Shown here piece after piece: positions 18,550-28,366 of a stretch of DNA of 64,000 nucleotides. Below the pieces are notes generated by a model that was not told the origin of the DNA, did not search any database, and saw only the letters and a list, made by a program, of their open reading frames with translations. The DNA lies in NCBI GenBank assembly GCA_965248575.1, contig CBDFJQ010000002.1, forward strand, positions 2,048,001 through 2,112,000, written 5' to 3'. Numbering within the stretch: position 1 is the first letter of the stretch; the number at the start of each line of letters is the position of its first letter. The position numbers were made by a program, and so were the translations under genes. Origin of the DNA: Planctomycetota bacterium (GTDB taxonomy: Bacteria; Planctomycetota; B15-G4).

Positions 18550-19649
18550 CGTCCACCCAGACAACTCGCGAACCGCATGTCGCCGTCGATCTGCTCCAGC
18601 GGCTGGTGCGCATCCCCTCTGTTTCGGGCGAGGAGGAAGCCTGCCGGGACGAGCTGGCCAGCTGGATGCGCGGGCAGGGCATCGAAACGAGGGTCCACGG
18701 TCGCAACGTCATCGGCGTCATCGAAGGCACGGCTTCCCCCACCACGGACACAGGAGACCGGGGGTTGCTGCTGTGCACGCACATCGACGTCGTTCCGGTT
18801 GGTCCGGGTTGGACGCGCGACCCCTGGGACGGCGCCATCGAGAACGGCCGACTGCACGGACGAGGCAGCAACGATGCCAAGAGTGCCGTGGCCGCCATGG
18901 CGGTGGCCGCGACGCAGCTGGAACCCGCCCGTTTCGCCGGGCGCCTGGTGCTCGCTTTCGTCTGCGATGAGGAGACAGGCGGCGAGGGCATCGAGTCCTG
19001 CGGCGAGTCCCTGCCACATTGCGACGCAGCGGTGGTGGGTGAACCCACGGAGCTCGACGTGTGCCCGGGACAACGCGGTCTCTTGCGGGCCCAGCTGGTC
19101 GCCCACGGGCGCAGCTGCCACGCCTCGCGCCCGCACGAAGGGTCCAACGCCCTGGAGATCGTCGCCCGCGACATCATCGCCTTGAGCCAGTTGGACCTCG
19201 GCGCTGAGAACCCCCTCTTGGGCCGGGCCACACTCCAGGCAACCGTCTGCCACGCGGGAACGCGCAGCAATGTGGTGCCTGGCGAGGCGACCGTCGAACT
19301 GGACGGCCGGCCGACACCCGAATGCGACAACCAGCGCATGCTCCAGCTCATCGACGCCGCGACGGAGAGCGAACTCGTCGTGCGCAGCGCTCGCTTGGTG
19401 CCAGCCTTCACGCCCACCGAAAGCGAAATCGTGCGCTTGGCCCAGGCCGCCAGCCCGACCGGGAAGGTGCGCGGCTTCGGCGGCATGTCCGACTTCGTGC
19501 ATCTCTCGCATCTGCCAGGTGTCGTCATGGGACCCGGCACGAGCGTTCAGAGCCACTCCCCTGATGAATCCATAGCCGTCGATCAAATCACTGCAGCGGT
19601 CGCGACCTATTCAGCCATCGCCCATCAGTTCCTCGGCGCCCGCAGCTGA
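18546..19649 (+). CDS. argE: M20 family deacylase (acylcitrulline/acylornithine deacylase)
   Basis: THIDVVP, GRGSNDAK, DEETGG, VGEPT, SHSPDE metal-binding motifs; operon position. Confidence 0.85.
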   Translation: MTSTQTTREPHVAVDLLQRLVRIPSVSGEEEACRDELASWMRGQGIETRVHGRNVIGVIEGTASPTTDTGDRGLLLCTHIDVVPVGPGWTRDPWDGAIENGRLHGRGSNDAKSAVAAMAVAATQLEPARFAGRLVLAFVCDEETGGEGIESCGESLPHCDAAVVGEPTELDVCPGQRGLLRAQLVAHGRSCHASRPHEGSNALEIVARDIIALSQLDLGAENPLLGRATLQATVCHAGTRSNVVPGEATVELDGRPTPECDNQRMLQLIDAATESELVVRSARLVPAFTPTESEIVRLAQAASPTGKVRGFGGMSDFVHLSHLPGVVMGPGTSVQSHSPDESIAVDQITAAVATYSAIAHQFLGARS

Positions 19650-19686
19650 GACCGCTGCCCCCCGGAAGGCCCCTCAGAAGGCTCCG

Positions 19687-21138
19687 ATGACGACCACCCA
19701 GGAAGACCCCATGGCCCACAGCGACAAGAATCCTTCGGAGAGCCAGGAGTCAGGCGACCCCCTGCGCGGGCGCTTTGCAGGGGGCATCCACCCCGCGCTC
19801 GACGTGATCAACCGTTCGCTCCCCGACGACCGCCGACTGTGGGCCGAGGACATCGCCGGAAGCGTCGCCCACGCCCAGATGCTGGGGAAGACGGGGATCC
19901 TGCCTGCCAACGCGGTGAAGACACTGCTGGCCGGGCTCGAACAGGTGCGCCAGGAGTTCGCAGACGGCAGCTTTCAGGAGCAGCCCACGGACGAGGACAT
20001 CCACATGGCCGTGGAGCGGCGGCTCACGGAGCTCGTGGGCGAGGACGGCAAGCGCCTGCACACCGGGCGCAGCCGCAACGACCAGGTCGCCACCGATGTC
20101 GTTCTGCACCTGGCCCGGGCCTCGGACTCCCTGCGCGCCGGCGTGCGAGAGGTCCAACGAGCCCTGCTGGACCTCGCCCAGAAGGATGGGCACGCGGTCC
20201 TGCCCTACTACACCCACCTGCAACGAGCCCAACCCATCCTCCTGGGCCATGCGCTCCTGGCGTACATCGAGATGTTGGGCCAGGACGACGAGGGGCTCCG
20301 GGTCACGCTGAAGGACTGCCCCTTGGGTGCGGGTGCGGGGACAGGCACGAGCTTCCCCATCGACCGGCAGATGACCGCCGAGGCCTTGGGCTTCCAACGC
20401 CCTGCCCCCAACAGCATTGCTGCGGTGTCCTCACGCCGGGAGGCCACCCTCTTCGCGGCCAACATCGCCACCTGTGCCACAACCCTGTCGCGACTGGGCG
20501 GTGAGTTGGTGCTCTGGACCAGCCGCGAGTTCGGCTTCGCACGCCTGGGCGACGCCGTCTCGACCGGCTCCTCCATCATGCCGCAGAAGCGCAACCCCGA
20601 CGGCGCCGAGCTCCTACGAGCCAAGGCCGCCCGGGTGAGTTCCGCAGTGCACCGCCTCTTGGAACTGCCGCGCGGTCTGCCGCTCGGCTACCACAAGGAT
20701 CTCCAGGAAGACAAAGCAGCGCTCTTCGAGGCGGAGGACACCTTGGCGCAGATGTGCGCCGTTGCGGAGGCCATGCTGCGCGACCTCGCGATCAACCACG
20801 AAGCCATGCGGGCAGCGGTCGACGATCCCTCGGGCTTCCTGCTGGCGACCGAGGCAGCGGACTGGCTCGTCGGGCAGGGTGTGCCCTTCCGGGAGGCCCA
20901 TGAGGCGGTCGGTGCCCTGGTGAGCCTTGCCGAGCGGAAGCAAGTGGGCCTTTCCGACCTCAGCCTGGAAGAACTCCAAGCCATCCATGCCGCCTTCGAC
21001 GAACGTGTGTCCCTCGTGCTTCAGGTGGACGGAGCGCTGGAGGCGCGGCAAGCCATCGGCGGAACCTCTCCGGACAATGTGCGTAGAGAGCTGGAGCGTT
21101 GGGCCCAAGCCCTGCACGAACGATCCTCCGCAGGCTAG
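19687..21138 (+). CDS. argH: Argininosuccinate lyase
   Basis: EDIH, LHTGRSRNDQVATD, YTHLQRAQP, STGSSIMPQKRNPD, GVPFREAH. Start 19687 or 19711. Confidence 0.95.
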   Translation: MTTTQEDPMAHSDKNPSESQESGDPLRGRFAGGIHPALDVINRSLPDDRRLWAEDIAGSVAHAQMLGKTGILPANAVKTLLAGLEQVRQEFADGSFQEQPTDEDIHMAVERRLTELVGEDGKRLHTGRSRNDQVATDVVLHLARASDSLRAGVREVQRALLDLAQKDGHAVLPYYTHLQRAQPILLGHALLAYIEMLGQDDEGLRVTLKDCPLGAGAGTGTSFPIDRQMTAEALGFQRPAPNSIAAVSSRREATLFAANIATCATTLSRLGGELVLWTSREFGFARLGDAVSTGSSIMPQKRNPDGAELLRAKAARVSSAVHRLLELPRGLPLGYHKDLQEDKAALFEAEDTLAQMCAVAEAMLRDLAINHEAMRAAVDDPSGFLLATEAADWLVGQGVPFREAHEAVGALVSLAERKQVGLSDLSLEELQAIHAAFDERVSLVLQVDGALEARQAIGGTSPDNVRRELERWAQALHERSSAG

Positions 21139-21178
21139 GCTGGGTCGACGACCCAGCCCTCGTGCGGGGTCAGCCTAG
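21135..21178 (+). terminator. Stem-loop at the end of the arg operon
   Basis: GGCTGGGTCG(21138-47)/CGACCCAGCC(21149-58) inverted repeat; alternative pairing CTAGGCTG(21135-42)/CAGCCTAG(21171-78); no U-tract. Confidence 0.4.
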
Positions 21179-21213
21179 TTGACGGCCCGCCTTCCATCTC
21201 AGGAGACAACACC

Positions 21214-21726
21214 ATGTCGAGCACTGCCCGCCTCTCCAGCACCGCCGCCTGGATCAGCGTCTTGCTCGCCGTCGCCTGGCTCGGCAACGGCTGCACGAGC
21301 CAGACCCAAGCCGAGTGGGAGGGCTGGGATGCCTATGGTGCAAGCGTGTCCGCCGAGAGCCCCCTGTCCTTGGCGACCCTGCTCGAGCGCCCAGAAGACT
21401 ACGACGGCCAGACCATCCTGCTGGAGGCACGCATCGAAGAGTGCTGCCAGGCCAAGGGCTGCTGGATGAACTTGGTGCACGGTGATCAGTCCGTGCGCGT
21501 GAAGTTCCTGGACTACGCCTTCTTCGTGCCGCTCGACTCTGCGGGCCGCATCGTCCGCCTGGAAGGGGTCTTCAGCATCCGCGACGTCCCGGCCGGGGAG
21601 GCCCGCCACTACCTCGAAGATGCAGGCAAGTTCGAGGAAGCGGCGGCCATCACGGAGGCGCAGCGCAGCTTCGAGATCATCGCTGCGGGCGTACTCCTCG
21701 CCGACCCGGCCGAGTCGGACGCCTAG
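21214..21726 (+). CDS. DUF4920-like lipoprotein
   Basis: Lipobox-like LGNGC; CQAKGCWM, VRVKFLDYAFFVP, ARHYLEDAGK; upstream AGGAG. Confidence 0.85.
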   Translation: MSSTARLSSTAAWISVLLAVAWLGNGCTSQTQAEWEGWDAYGASVSAESPLSLATLLERPEDYDGQTILLEARIEECCQAKGCWMNLVHGDQSVRVKFLDYAFFVPLDSAGRIVRLEGVFSIRDVPAGEARHYLEDAGKFEEAAAITEAQRSFEIIAAGVLLADPAESDA

Positions 21727-22295
21727 AGCGAGGCCAGCCCCGTGGCTGGAGAGTCAACTCCCGCGTAGTAGGCCCTGGCGAAAGTGAGAAAGTGATCGTC
21801 CAGGAAGGTATCCACCTCGGACAACTCACCACCCGCGCAGTCGACCGTCTCCAGATGGGCGTTGGGAAGGTCGTGGTCGCGCACCGTGGCGTGACATTCC
21901 AGGTTCAAGCCCTCCTCGCCCTGGATCTCCATCATGAAGGCGAGACGTGAAAGCTCGCGAACCGAACTGCCGTGCTCATCGGTACGCATGTTCTTGACCG
22001 CCAGTTCCACCACATAGCGGCCATCGAACAGCCGTCGGGCCAGATGGAAACCAGGGGCTTCGGCAATGAGCTGTCGAGCAAGCAGCTCGATGCGATCGCC
22101 CACCTTTTCCACGCACTCGAGGGCGTGGAGGTGCTCCTGCAGGGACTCGAGCAGGCGCGTGTTCTCACGCCCCTTGGCGTTGGCTCGCCGTGCTTCGCCC
22201 TTCGTGCGGAAGCGCCGGATGTTGCGCAGGAAACGCGAGGGTTTGGCAGGGGGAATCTCGGAAACGTCGGTGTGGCCATGCATCGGGGGGGCCAT
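21723..22295 (-). CDS. Hypothetical protein
   Basis: Open frame with protein-like composition; ATG at 22295 preceded by AAAGGA; no family recognised. Confidence 0.6.
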   Translation of the reverse strand: MAPPMHGHTDVSEIPPAKPSRFLRNIRRFRTKGEARRANAKGRENTRLLESLQEHLHALECVEKVGDRIELLARQLIAEAPGFHLARRLFDGRYVVELAVKNMRTDEHGSSVRELSRLAFMMEIQGEEGLNLECHATVRDHDLPNAHLETVDCAGGELSEVDTFLDDHFLTFARAYYAGVDSPATGLASL

Positions 22296-22700
22296 GAGTG
22301 TTCCTTTCGTCTCGTCGAACGGCACCGGATAGCGAAGCGTCGAACGACCGGAGGAGGGAGTCGTCAAGAACTCGACGCCGACAAGTGTAGGCGCCGAACG
22401 AACAGTGTAGGGACGTAGCGAACAGCATTTCTTTGACGCATCTCGGTGCACTGCGCCTCATACGATCTTGTTAGTGATGTTGTCGAACAACGTGACTGAT
22501 TGCACACAACAGATGCGCGACAACACATGACGGTCACACCTTGCGTAGCATCAGGCTGCAAAGCATGCACGAGCGCCGAATGGATCACTTGTTGCTGATC
22601 AGCTGACGCTCCTGCATCCATCCCTTTTGCCCTGCCCATCAAACGCCCAAAAAATTTGAGGCAGCAGCTCGAACGGCTGTCGCTGCAATCCACTTCGGAG

Positions 22701-23168
22701 TCAGAAGGTCATGCAACAGCGCTTGAACTTCTTGCCACTGCCACACGGGCAGGGATCGTTGCGGCCCAACTTGGAGCCGGCCCGCACGATGGGCTCTTGC
22801 TTCCCGCTCACAGCCTGCTCGTAGGCTGACCGTTGGGCGTACAGATACATCCCCATGGTGCGCCCGTCCTCCACGCGCCCCTCAGCCTCGAGCTGGGCCA
22901 AAAAGTCCCGACACAGCGCCGGGACACCCTCGTGGGCTTCTGGTGGCAGGGCGGCCCGCGCCAACGTGCGCAGCAGGGCGTCCCGGAGGTCCTCCTGGCG
23001 TAGGTCTTCCGGTTCCCCGCCGGCCCCCTCACAGGCAGCCGCGAGCCAGGAGCAGAGCAAGCTGGAGCCCTGGTCCACAAGCGCTGGATGCGCCTCGCGC
23101 AAGCCATCCCCTTGGCAGAAGTCCGCGACCCAGCCTTCCAGCCGTTCGCGTGTGTACTCATGAACCAT
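22701..23168 (-). CDS. SEC-C motif domain protein
   Basis: C-terminal [20 protein letters not shown]. Confidence 0.9.
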   Translation of the reverse strand: MVHEYTRERLEGWVADFCQGDGLREAHPALVDQGSSLLCSWLAAACEGAGGEPEDLRQEDLRDALLRTLARAALPPEAHEGVPALCRDFLAQLEAEGRVEDGRTMGMYLYAQRSAYEQAVSGKQEPIVRAGSKLGRNDPCPCGSGKKFKRCCMTF

Positions 23169-23240
23169 GCAAGCACTCCAGGGAGGGGGGAGGGGGCGGC
23201 ATTATTCACGAATCGAGGGCTGAGCGTCTCAGGCAAGCCC

Positions 23241-23558
23241 TCAGCGGAGCACCTGCCACAGAATCACGCACAGAACGAGCAGGACGATCACTCCGCTCAC
23301 GAGCCGACCCTTCACGTCCGCAGGGACCGCCGTGCCTTCCTCCGCGAGGCCCTCGCGCCGCAGGAAATCCTGGTACTCCGCTTCTGCCTCCAGCTCGTCC
23401 CCCTCTTCGAAGCCGTCGGGCACGCCTCCACTCCAGAGCTCGGCCTCTTCGGACCAGCCACTCCGGGAATCCGAACCACATCCGGGGCAGGCGAGGGCTC
23501 CGGCTGCCACCGCCTGGCCGCAGTGCGGGCAATCAAAACTTCGACCACGCTTCTTCAT
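23241..23558 (-). CDS. Small zinc-ribbon membrane protein
   Basis: CPHC-x9-CPGC, acidic linker with Y.DFL.REG, C-terminal TM helix. Confidence 0.75.
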   Translation of the reverse strand: MKKRGRSFDCPHCGQAVAAGALACPGCGSDSRSGWSEEAELWSGGVPDGFEEGDELEAEAEYQDFLRREGLAEEGTAVPADVKGRLVSGVIVLLVLCVILWQVLR

Positions 23559-23776
23559 GGGCCAGCAACCCTAGCGGACAACGCAGCACCAACCGAACCC
23601 TGGTCGCCAGCCCACGGCGCGACATGCCCTCGTGCTCCCCACCGCGCAGCCGTCACAGCTTGCTGCTCCAGCCGTCTTCCCAAGCAGTCACCTGAGCAAG
23701 CTGCCCGAAGAGTCGCCCGCCCAGATGACGGCGATCAGCGCGTGGATCCCGACATCCTCCCAGGCACAATGCGCCC

Positions 23777-25734
23777 ATGCCCGGTTCCCCCTCTCAGGCT
23801 TTGCGCGAGGAAAGCGCCCCCATCCCGGCGGGAAAACTGCAGGAGGCTCTCCAACGCCTCGGGCACGAGTCCTTCCGCACGGGACAGCTAGAAGCCATCG
23901 AGACGCTCTTCGAGCGACGGCGCCTGTTGCTGGTGGCCCCCACGGGTGGCGGCAAGAGCCTTACCTACCAACTCCCGGCCTGTGTGCTCCCAGGCACCAC
24001 GGTGGTGATTTCACCATTGATCGCCCTGATGCAGGACCAGGTGAGCGCCCTTGAGGAGCGCGGCGTGTCCGCCACCTTCCTGGCCTCGACCCTCGACGCC
24101 GACGAGGTCCGGAATCGCATGCACCGGCTCGCTGCAGGCGAGTACCAGCTGGCCTATGTGGCACCCGAACGCCTTGCCCACACCGGGTTCCGATCCCTCC
24201 TGTGGGACATCGACTGCCCGTTGGTCGCCGTGGACGAAGCCCACTGCATCAGCGAATGGGGTCACGACTTCCGCCCCGAGTACATGCTGATTGGCGACGT
24301 CGTGGACCAGCTCTCGCACGCCCGGGTGCTGGCCTGCACGGCCACGGCGACGCCCGTGGTCCGCGACGAGATCCTGGAGCGCCTGCACCTGCCCGCCGAG
24401 ACCCCCCAGGTCGTGCACGGCTTCGCCCGGCCCAACCTGGCCCTCCGAGCCGCGGAGGTGCGCGGCAAGGCGGAGCGGGAGCGGGCCATCGACGGCGCCC
24501 TGAACGAGACCCTCGATCAGCCCGGCGCTGGTCGCGGAACGGCCATCCTCTACGCCCCCACCGGCGCGGCGCTGAGCAGGAAGCGAGCCGCCTGGCCTCC
24601 TCGGGTTGGAAGGCCGACTGTTATCACGCAGGCCTGCAAGGACACATCCGCTCCGCAGTGCAAGATGACTTCATCCACGGCGAACTCGAAGTCGTCGTGG
24701 CCACCAACGCCTTCGGCATGGGCATTGACCGCTCTGACGTACGCCTTGTCGGCCACCTGGCACCTCCGGGATCCGTGGAGGCCTACTACCAGGAGGTCGG
24801 TCGCGCGGGCCGGGACGGAGACCCTGCCGTGGGCCTCCTGCTGTGCGGGCCCAGCGACATGGCCCTGCGAAGGCGCTTCATCGAGAGCGATGCCGAAGCC
24901 ACCGGCAACGAAGAACTCGCCGTCCACAAATGGAACATGTTCCTGGAGCTCATGCGCTGGGCCGAAGGGGGCAGCTGTCGCCACGACACGATCCTGCGTT
25001 ACTTCGGGGACGAGGCGGAAACGCTCTCCGGCTGCGGGCGCTGCGATGTCTGCATCGGCCTCGATGCTGGCACAGAGGACGCCGACGAAGTGTCCACCCT
25101 GGTGCGCAAGGCGCTGAGCGGGGTGGCCCGGGTGCACGGGCGCTTCGGCACAGGCGTCGCAGCCAAGCTGCTCAAAGGTGTCGCGGATGATCGGCTGGAC
25201 TGGAGCGGGCTCTCCTCCACGAGCACCTTCGGAGTGTTGTCGGATCGCAGCATCGACTGGATCACGCGGTTGCTTCGACGCTGCGTCACCGCGGGCTGGG
25301 TCGACTTCCAGGGCGGAGACCGACCGGTGGTCGTGCTCACCCAGGACGGTACGGATGTCATGTACGCCCGACGCGAGGCCCGACTGCTCCTGCCACATGA
25401 CGGGCCCCTTCAGCGCAGCTCACGGTCCTCACGGACAGCCAAACAGGGTGCCAGCACTCGTGGAAGGGTCGCCCAGGACGAGGAAGCCCTGAGCGATGTG
25501 GAAGCGGAGCTCTTCGAGGCGCTCCGGGAACACCGCCTGGGCGTGGCCCGCGAATCCTCCGTGCCACCCTATGTTGTGGCCAGTGATCGGACGCTGCGCG
25601 ATGTCTCGCGCCGCCGCCCCCTCGACCTCGAGGCCCTGCAACTCGTTCACGGCATCGGGCCCAGCAAGGCCGAGCGCTTTGGAGAGGGCCTGCTCGAGGT
25701 GGTCCAGTCTCACTGCGAAGCCTCCGCCGACTGA
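23777..25734 (+). pseudogene. recQ: RecQ helicase (helicase-Zn-RQC-HRDC) split by a 1-nt frameshift near 24560-24563; pseudogene or sequencing error
   Basis: First frame: APTGGGKS, VDEAHCISEWGHDFRPEY, TATAT, ILYAPT. Second frame: YHAGL, VATNAFGMGIDRSDVR, YYQEVGRAGRDG, CRH...CGRCDVC, HRDC VPPYVV. Confidence 0.85.
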
Positions 25735-25779
25735 CCCTCTCTCCAGCCTCCCGACCTGCACACCCCGAGAGCCCCCTGC

Positions 25780-26100
25780 GTGAGCATCCCAGAAATCGAC
25801 GTCGACTCAGCGGCCGCCCAACTCGAGGCCGGCACAGCCCTCTTCATGGACGTGCGCGATGAGGGCAGCTACGCAGCCGCCCATGTGCCAGGGGCCCTGC
25901 TGGTGAGCGACGCCACCATCGAGGACTTCCTGGAAGAGACCGACAAGACCCAGACCATCATCGTGTATTGCTACCACGGCAACGCGAGTCGCGGGGGCAC
26001 CGCCTTCCTGCTGCAACACGGGTTCGAGAACGTCAGCAGCATGGCAGGCGGCTTCGAGGCCTGGCGCGGTCACCACCCCGAGCAGACCGGCACAGGCTGA
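25780..26100 (+). CDS. Single-domain rhodanese (GlpE-like sulfurtransferase)
   Basis: DVRD, HVPGA, active loop CYHGNAS, MAGGFEAW. Confidence 0.9.
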   Translation: MSIPEIDVDSAAAQLEAGTALFMDVRDEGSYAAAHVPGALLVSDATIEDFLEETDKTQTIIVYCYHGNASRGGTAFLLQHGFENVSSMAGGFEAWRGHHPEQTGTG

Positions 26101-26109
26101 GGACCCCGG

Positions 26110-28044
26110 TCAGGCCTCCGGCACGCTTCGGGCTGAGGGCACGGCTTCCAGTGCTTCCACGAGCCGCTTGATGAGGATGGGCTTGCTGACGGAATCATTC
26201 ATGCCGGCTTCCCGGAAGCGGTCCTCGTCACCGGAGAGGACGTCCGCGGTGAAGGCCACGATGTAGGGCTGCCGATCCTTCGGACCCGCACGCACATGCT
26301 CTGCCGCCTCGATGCCACCCATTCCGGGCATCTGGACGTCCATCAATACGACGTCGTAGTGCGCTTCACCCACGGCGGCCAGCGCCGCGGCACCGTCACA
26401 GACCACATCCGCCTCATAGCCAAGTCGACCGAGCATGCCCAGGGTGACCTTCTGGTTCACCACGTTGTCCTCGGCAACCAGGATCCGCAACGGGTGGCGC
26501 CGGGCCATCTCGCCGTCGATGGAATGATCGATCTCGCGTGGCGTGTCACTCGGCACGGCTGCCTGCGCCTGGATGCTGAAGCGGAAGATCGAGCCCCCGC
26601 TTTCCGAGGCCTCGCAGGAAATGCTGCCACCCTGCATCTCGGTCAGCCGTTTGCAGATGGCGAGCCCCAGACCGGTGCCTCCGAACTTGCGCGCCGTCGA
26701 AGCGTCCACCTGGCGGAACGGCTTGAACAGCTTGCGCCTGCGCGCCTCGGGAATACCCACGCCCGTGTCCTCCACCGCGAAGTGGATCACGCAGGCATCC
26801 GGGTGATGGGCACCCGCTCGACGCTCGGGAATGGCGTGTACCCGCAACTCGATGCTGCCCACCTCGGTGAACTTCAAGGCGTTGCTGAGCAGGTTGACGA
26901 GCACTTGGTTCACGCGCGTCACATCACCCACGATCGTCTCGGGCACGCTCGGATCGATGTGGACCTTCAGAGCGAGGCCCTTCTCCTTCGCTGAAAGGGC
27001 GACCAGACCCGACGCCCGACGCACGCACTCGTGCAGGAGGAACGGCCGCGACTCCAACTCGAGCTTTCCGGCTTCAATCTTGGAGAAGTCCAGGATGTCG
27101 TTGATGATCGTCAACAACGTGTCTCCGCTGTCGCGAATCGTCTCCACGTAGTCCCGCTGCTCTCCGTCGAGCCCCGTGTCGAGCAGCAGGCTGTTGAGCC
27201 CCAGGACGCCGTTGAGCGGCGTGCGGATCTCGTGCGACATGTTCGCCAGGAACTCCGACTTGTGGAGGCTCGCCTGTTCGGCCTTCTGCCGGGCTTCGTC
27301 GAGTTCGAGCTGGGTGCGCTCCAGATCAGCGATGGTCTCCTTCAGCCGCTGTTCTTTCATGGCCACAGCGATGCGGGTGGACGCCAAGGCTGAGATCGTC
27401 TTGAACAGCTCCAGGTGATCCTCGGTGTAGAAGTCGGGGCGAGGGTCTTCCGAGTCGATCACTCCGATCACCCTTCCCTGCTCCACGATGGGCACGGCCA
27501 GCTCGGACAGTCGGAAGGCGTCATCCTTGATGTAGGCCGTGGTGGTGCGCGTGTCCCGGACGAGGGCTGGGCGCCCCGTGGCAGCCACGGTTCCCACCAC
27601 GCCCTCCCCAAGAGGAATCACGATGGGGTTCAGGATCTCATGCTGGATCGGGTTCTTTGGCCCGTGAGCAGCCTTCTGCACCAGCAGGCCTTCCTCCTCG
27701 TCCAGCAGGTAGATGACACAGTCATCAAGACCGAGCTTGGCGACAGCGTTGCGCGCGATGTCCCAGAGGATCTCTTCCAAGGTGCTCTGCTGAAGCAGCG
27801 ACAAGGCGAAGGCGTTGACGATCTCGAGGTATTTTGTCTTGCGGGCAGCCTGGGCGTTCATGCGCTCCAGCTCCCGGGTGCGTTCCTTCACCCGGTGGTC
27901 CAGCATGTCGCGGACTCGGGCCAGGGCCTGGTTCGCCAGGCTCAGCTCGATGCTCTTCTGGGCCTGCCACGTCTCGGCAGATTGACGAGCCGAACGTTCA
28001 CGGTCCAACTGCCGACGAAGGTGTTCGCGGTCATCCATCGGCAT
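26110..28044 (-). CDS. Hybrid sensor histidine kinase (GAF-HisKA-HATPase-REC), cytoplasmic
   Basis: GAF (GEGVVG, SELAVPI), H-box [32 protein letters not shown], receiver VLMDVQMP. Start uncertain (28038-28122). Confidence 0.9.
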   Translation of the reverse strand: MPMDDREHLRRQLDRERSARQSAETWQAQKSIELSLANQALARVRDMLDHRVKERTRELERMNAQAARKTKYLEIVNAFALSLLQQSTLEEILWDIARNAVAKLGLDDCVIYLLDEEEGLLVQKAAHGPKNPIQHEILNPIVIPLGEGVVGTVAATGRPALVRDTRTTTAYIKDDAFRLSELAVPIVEQGRVIGVIDSEDPRPDFYTEDHLELFKTISALASTRIAVAMKEQRLKETIADLERTQLELDEARQKAEQASLHKSEFLANMSHEIRTPLNGVLGLNSLLLDTGLDGEQRDYVETIRDSGDTLLTIINDILDFSKIEAGKLELESRPFLLHECVRRASGLVALSAKEKGLALKVHIDPSVPETIVGDVTRVNQVLVNLLSNALKFTEVGSIELRVHAIPERRAGAHHPDACVIHFAVEDTGVGIPEARRRKLFKPFRQVDASTARKFGGTGLGLAICKRLTEMQGGSISCEASESGGSIFRFSIQAQAAVPSDTPREIDHSIDGEMARRHPLRILVAEDNVVNQKVTLGMLGRLGYEADVVCDGAAALAAVGEAHYDVVLMDVQMPGMGGIEAAEHVRAGPKDRQPYIVAFTADVLSGDEDRFREAGMNDSVSKPILIKRLVEALEAVPSARSVPEA

Positions 28045-28366
28045 CTCGTACGAGCGCTTCCCCAAGCCATTCTCTCCCCTTCTGGACACCGCCCTCCAAG
28101 ACCTCTGAAAGTGGCGGCGCATGACGCATCATGAGCCCCTTATCGTCGAGGCCCCGGGGCAACCTGACAGCAGGTTGGAACGGGATCAGGATTCGAAGGG
28201 GGCCGCCCCATTGGGCGCGAGGGCGACTCAATCGGCAGCCCATGGCGATTTCTGAAGCATCCTTGGCCCCCTCTTTTTTGGTGAGCCTCTCCCGCGCGAG
28301 TACGGTGACGGCCCGCGCCCCCGCTCCCCCCAGCGCACTCGAACCCAAAGTCCCCCGGAGGCCTTC

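Noticed and set aside
22560..22650. Possible c-di-GMP riboswitch (GGGCAAA on minus strand)
   Set aside because: The GNRA-capped stem and second GCAAA element are not present.
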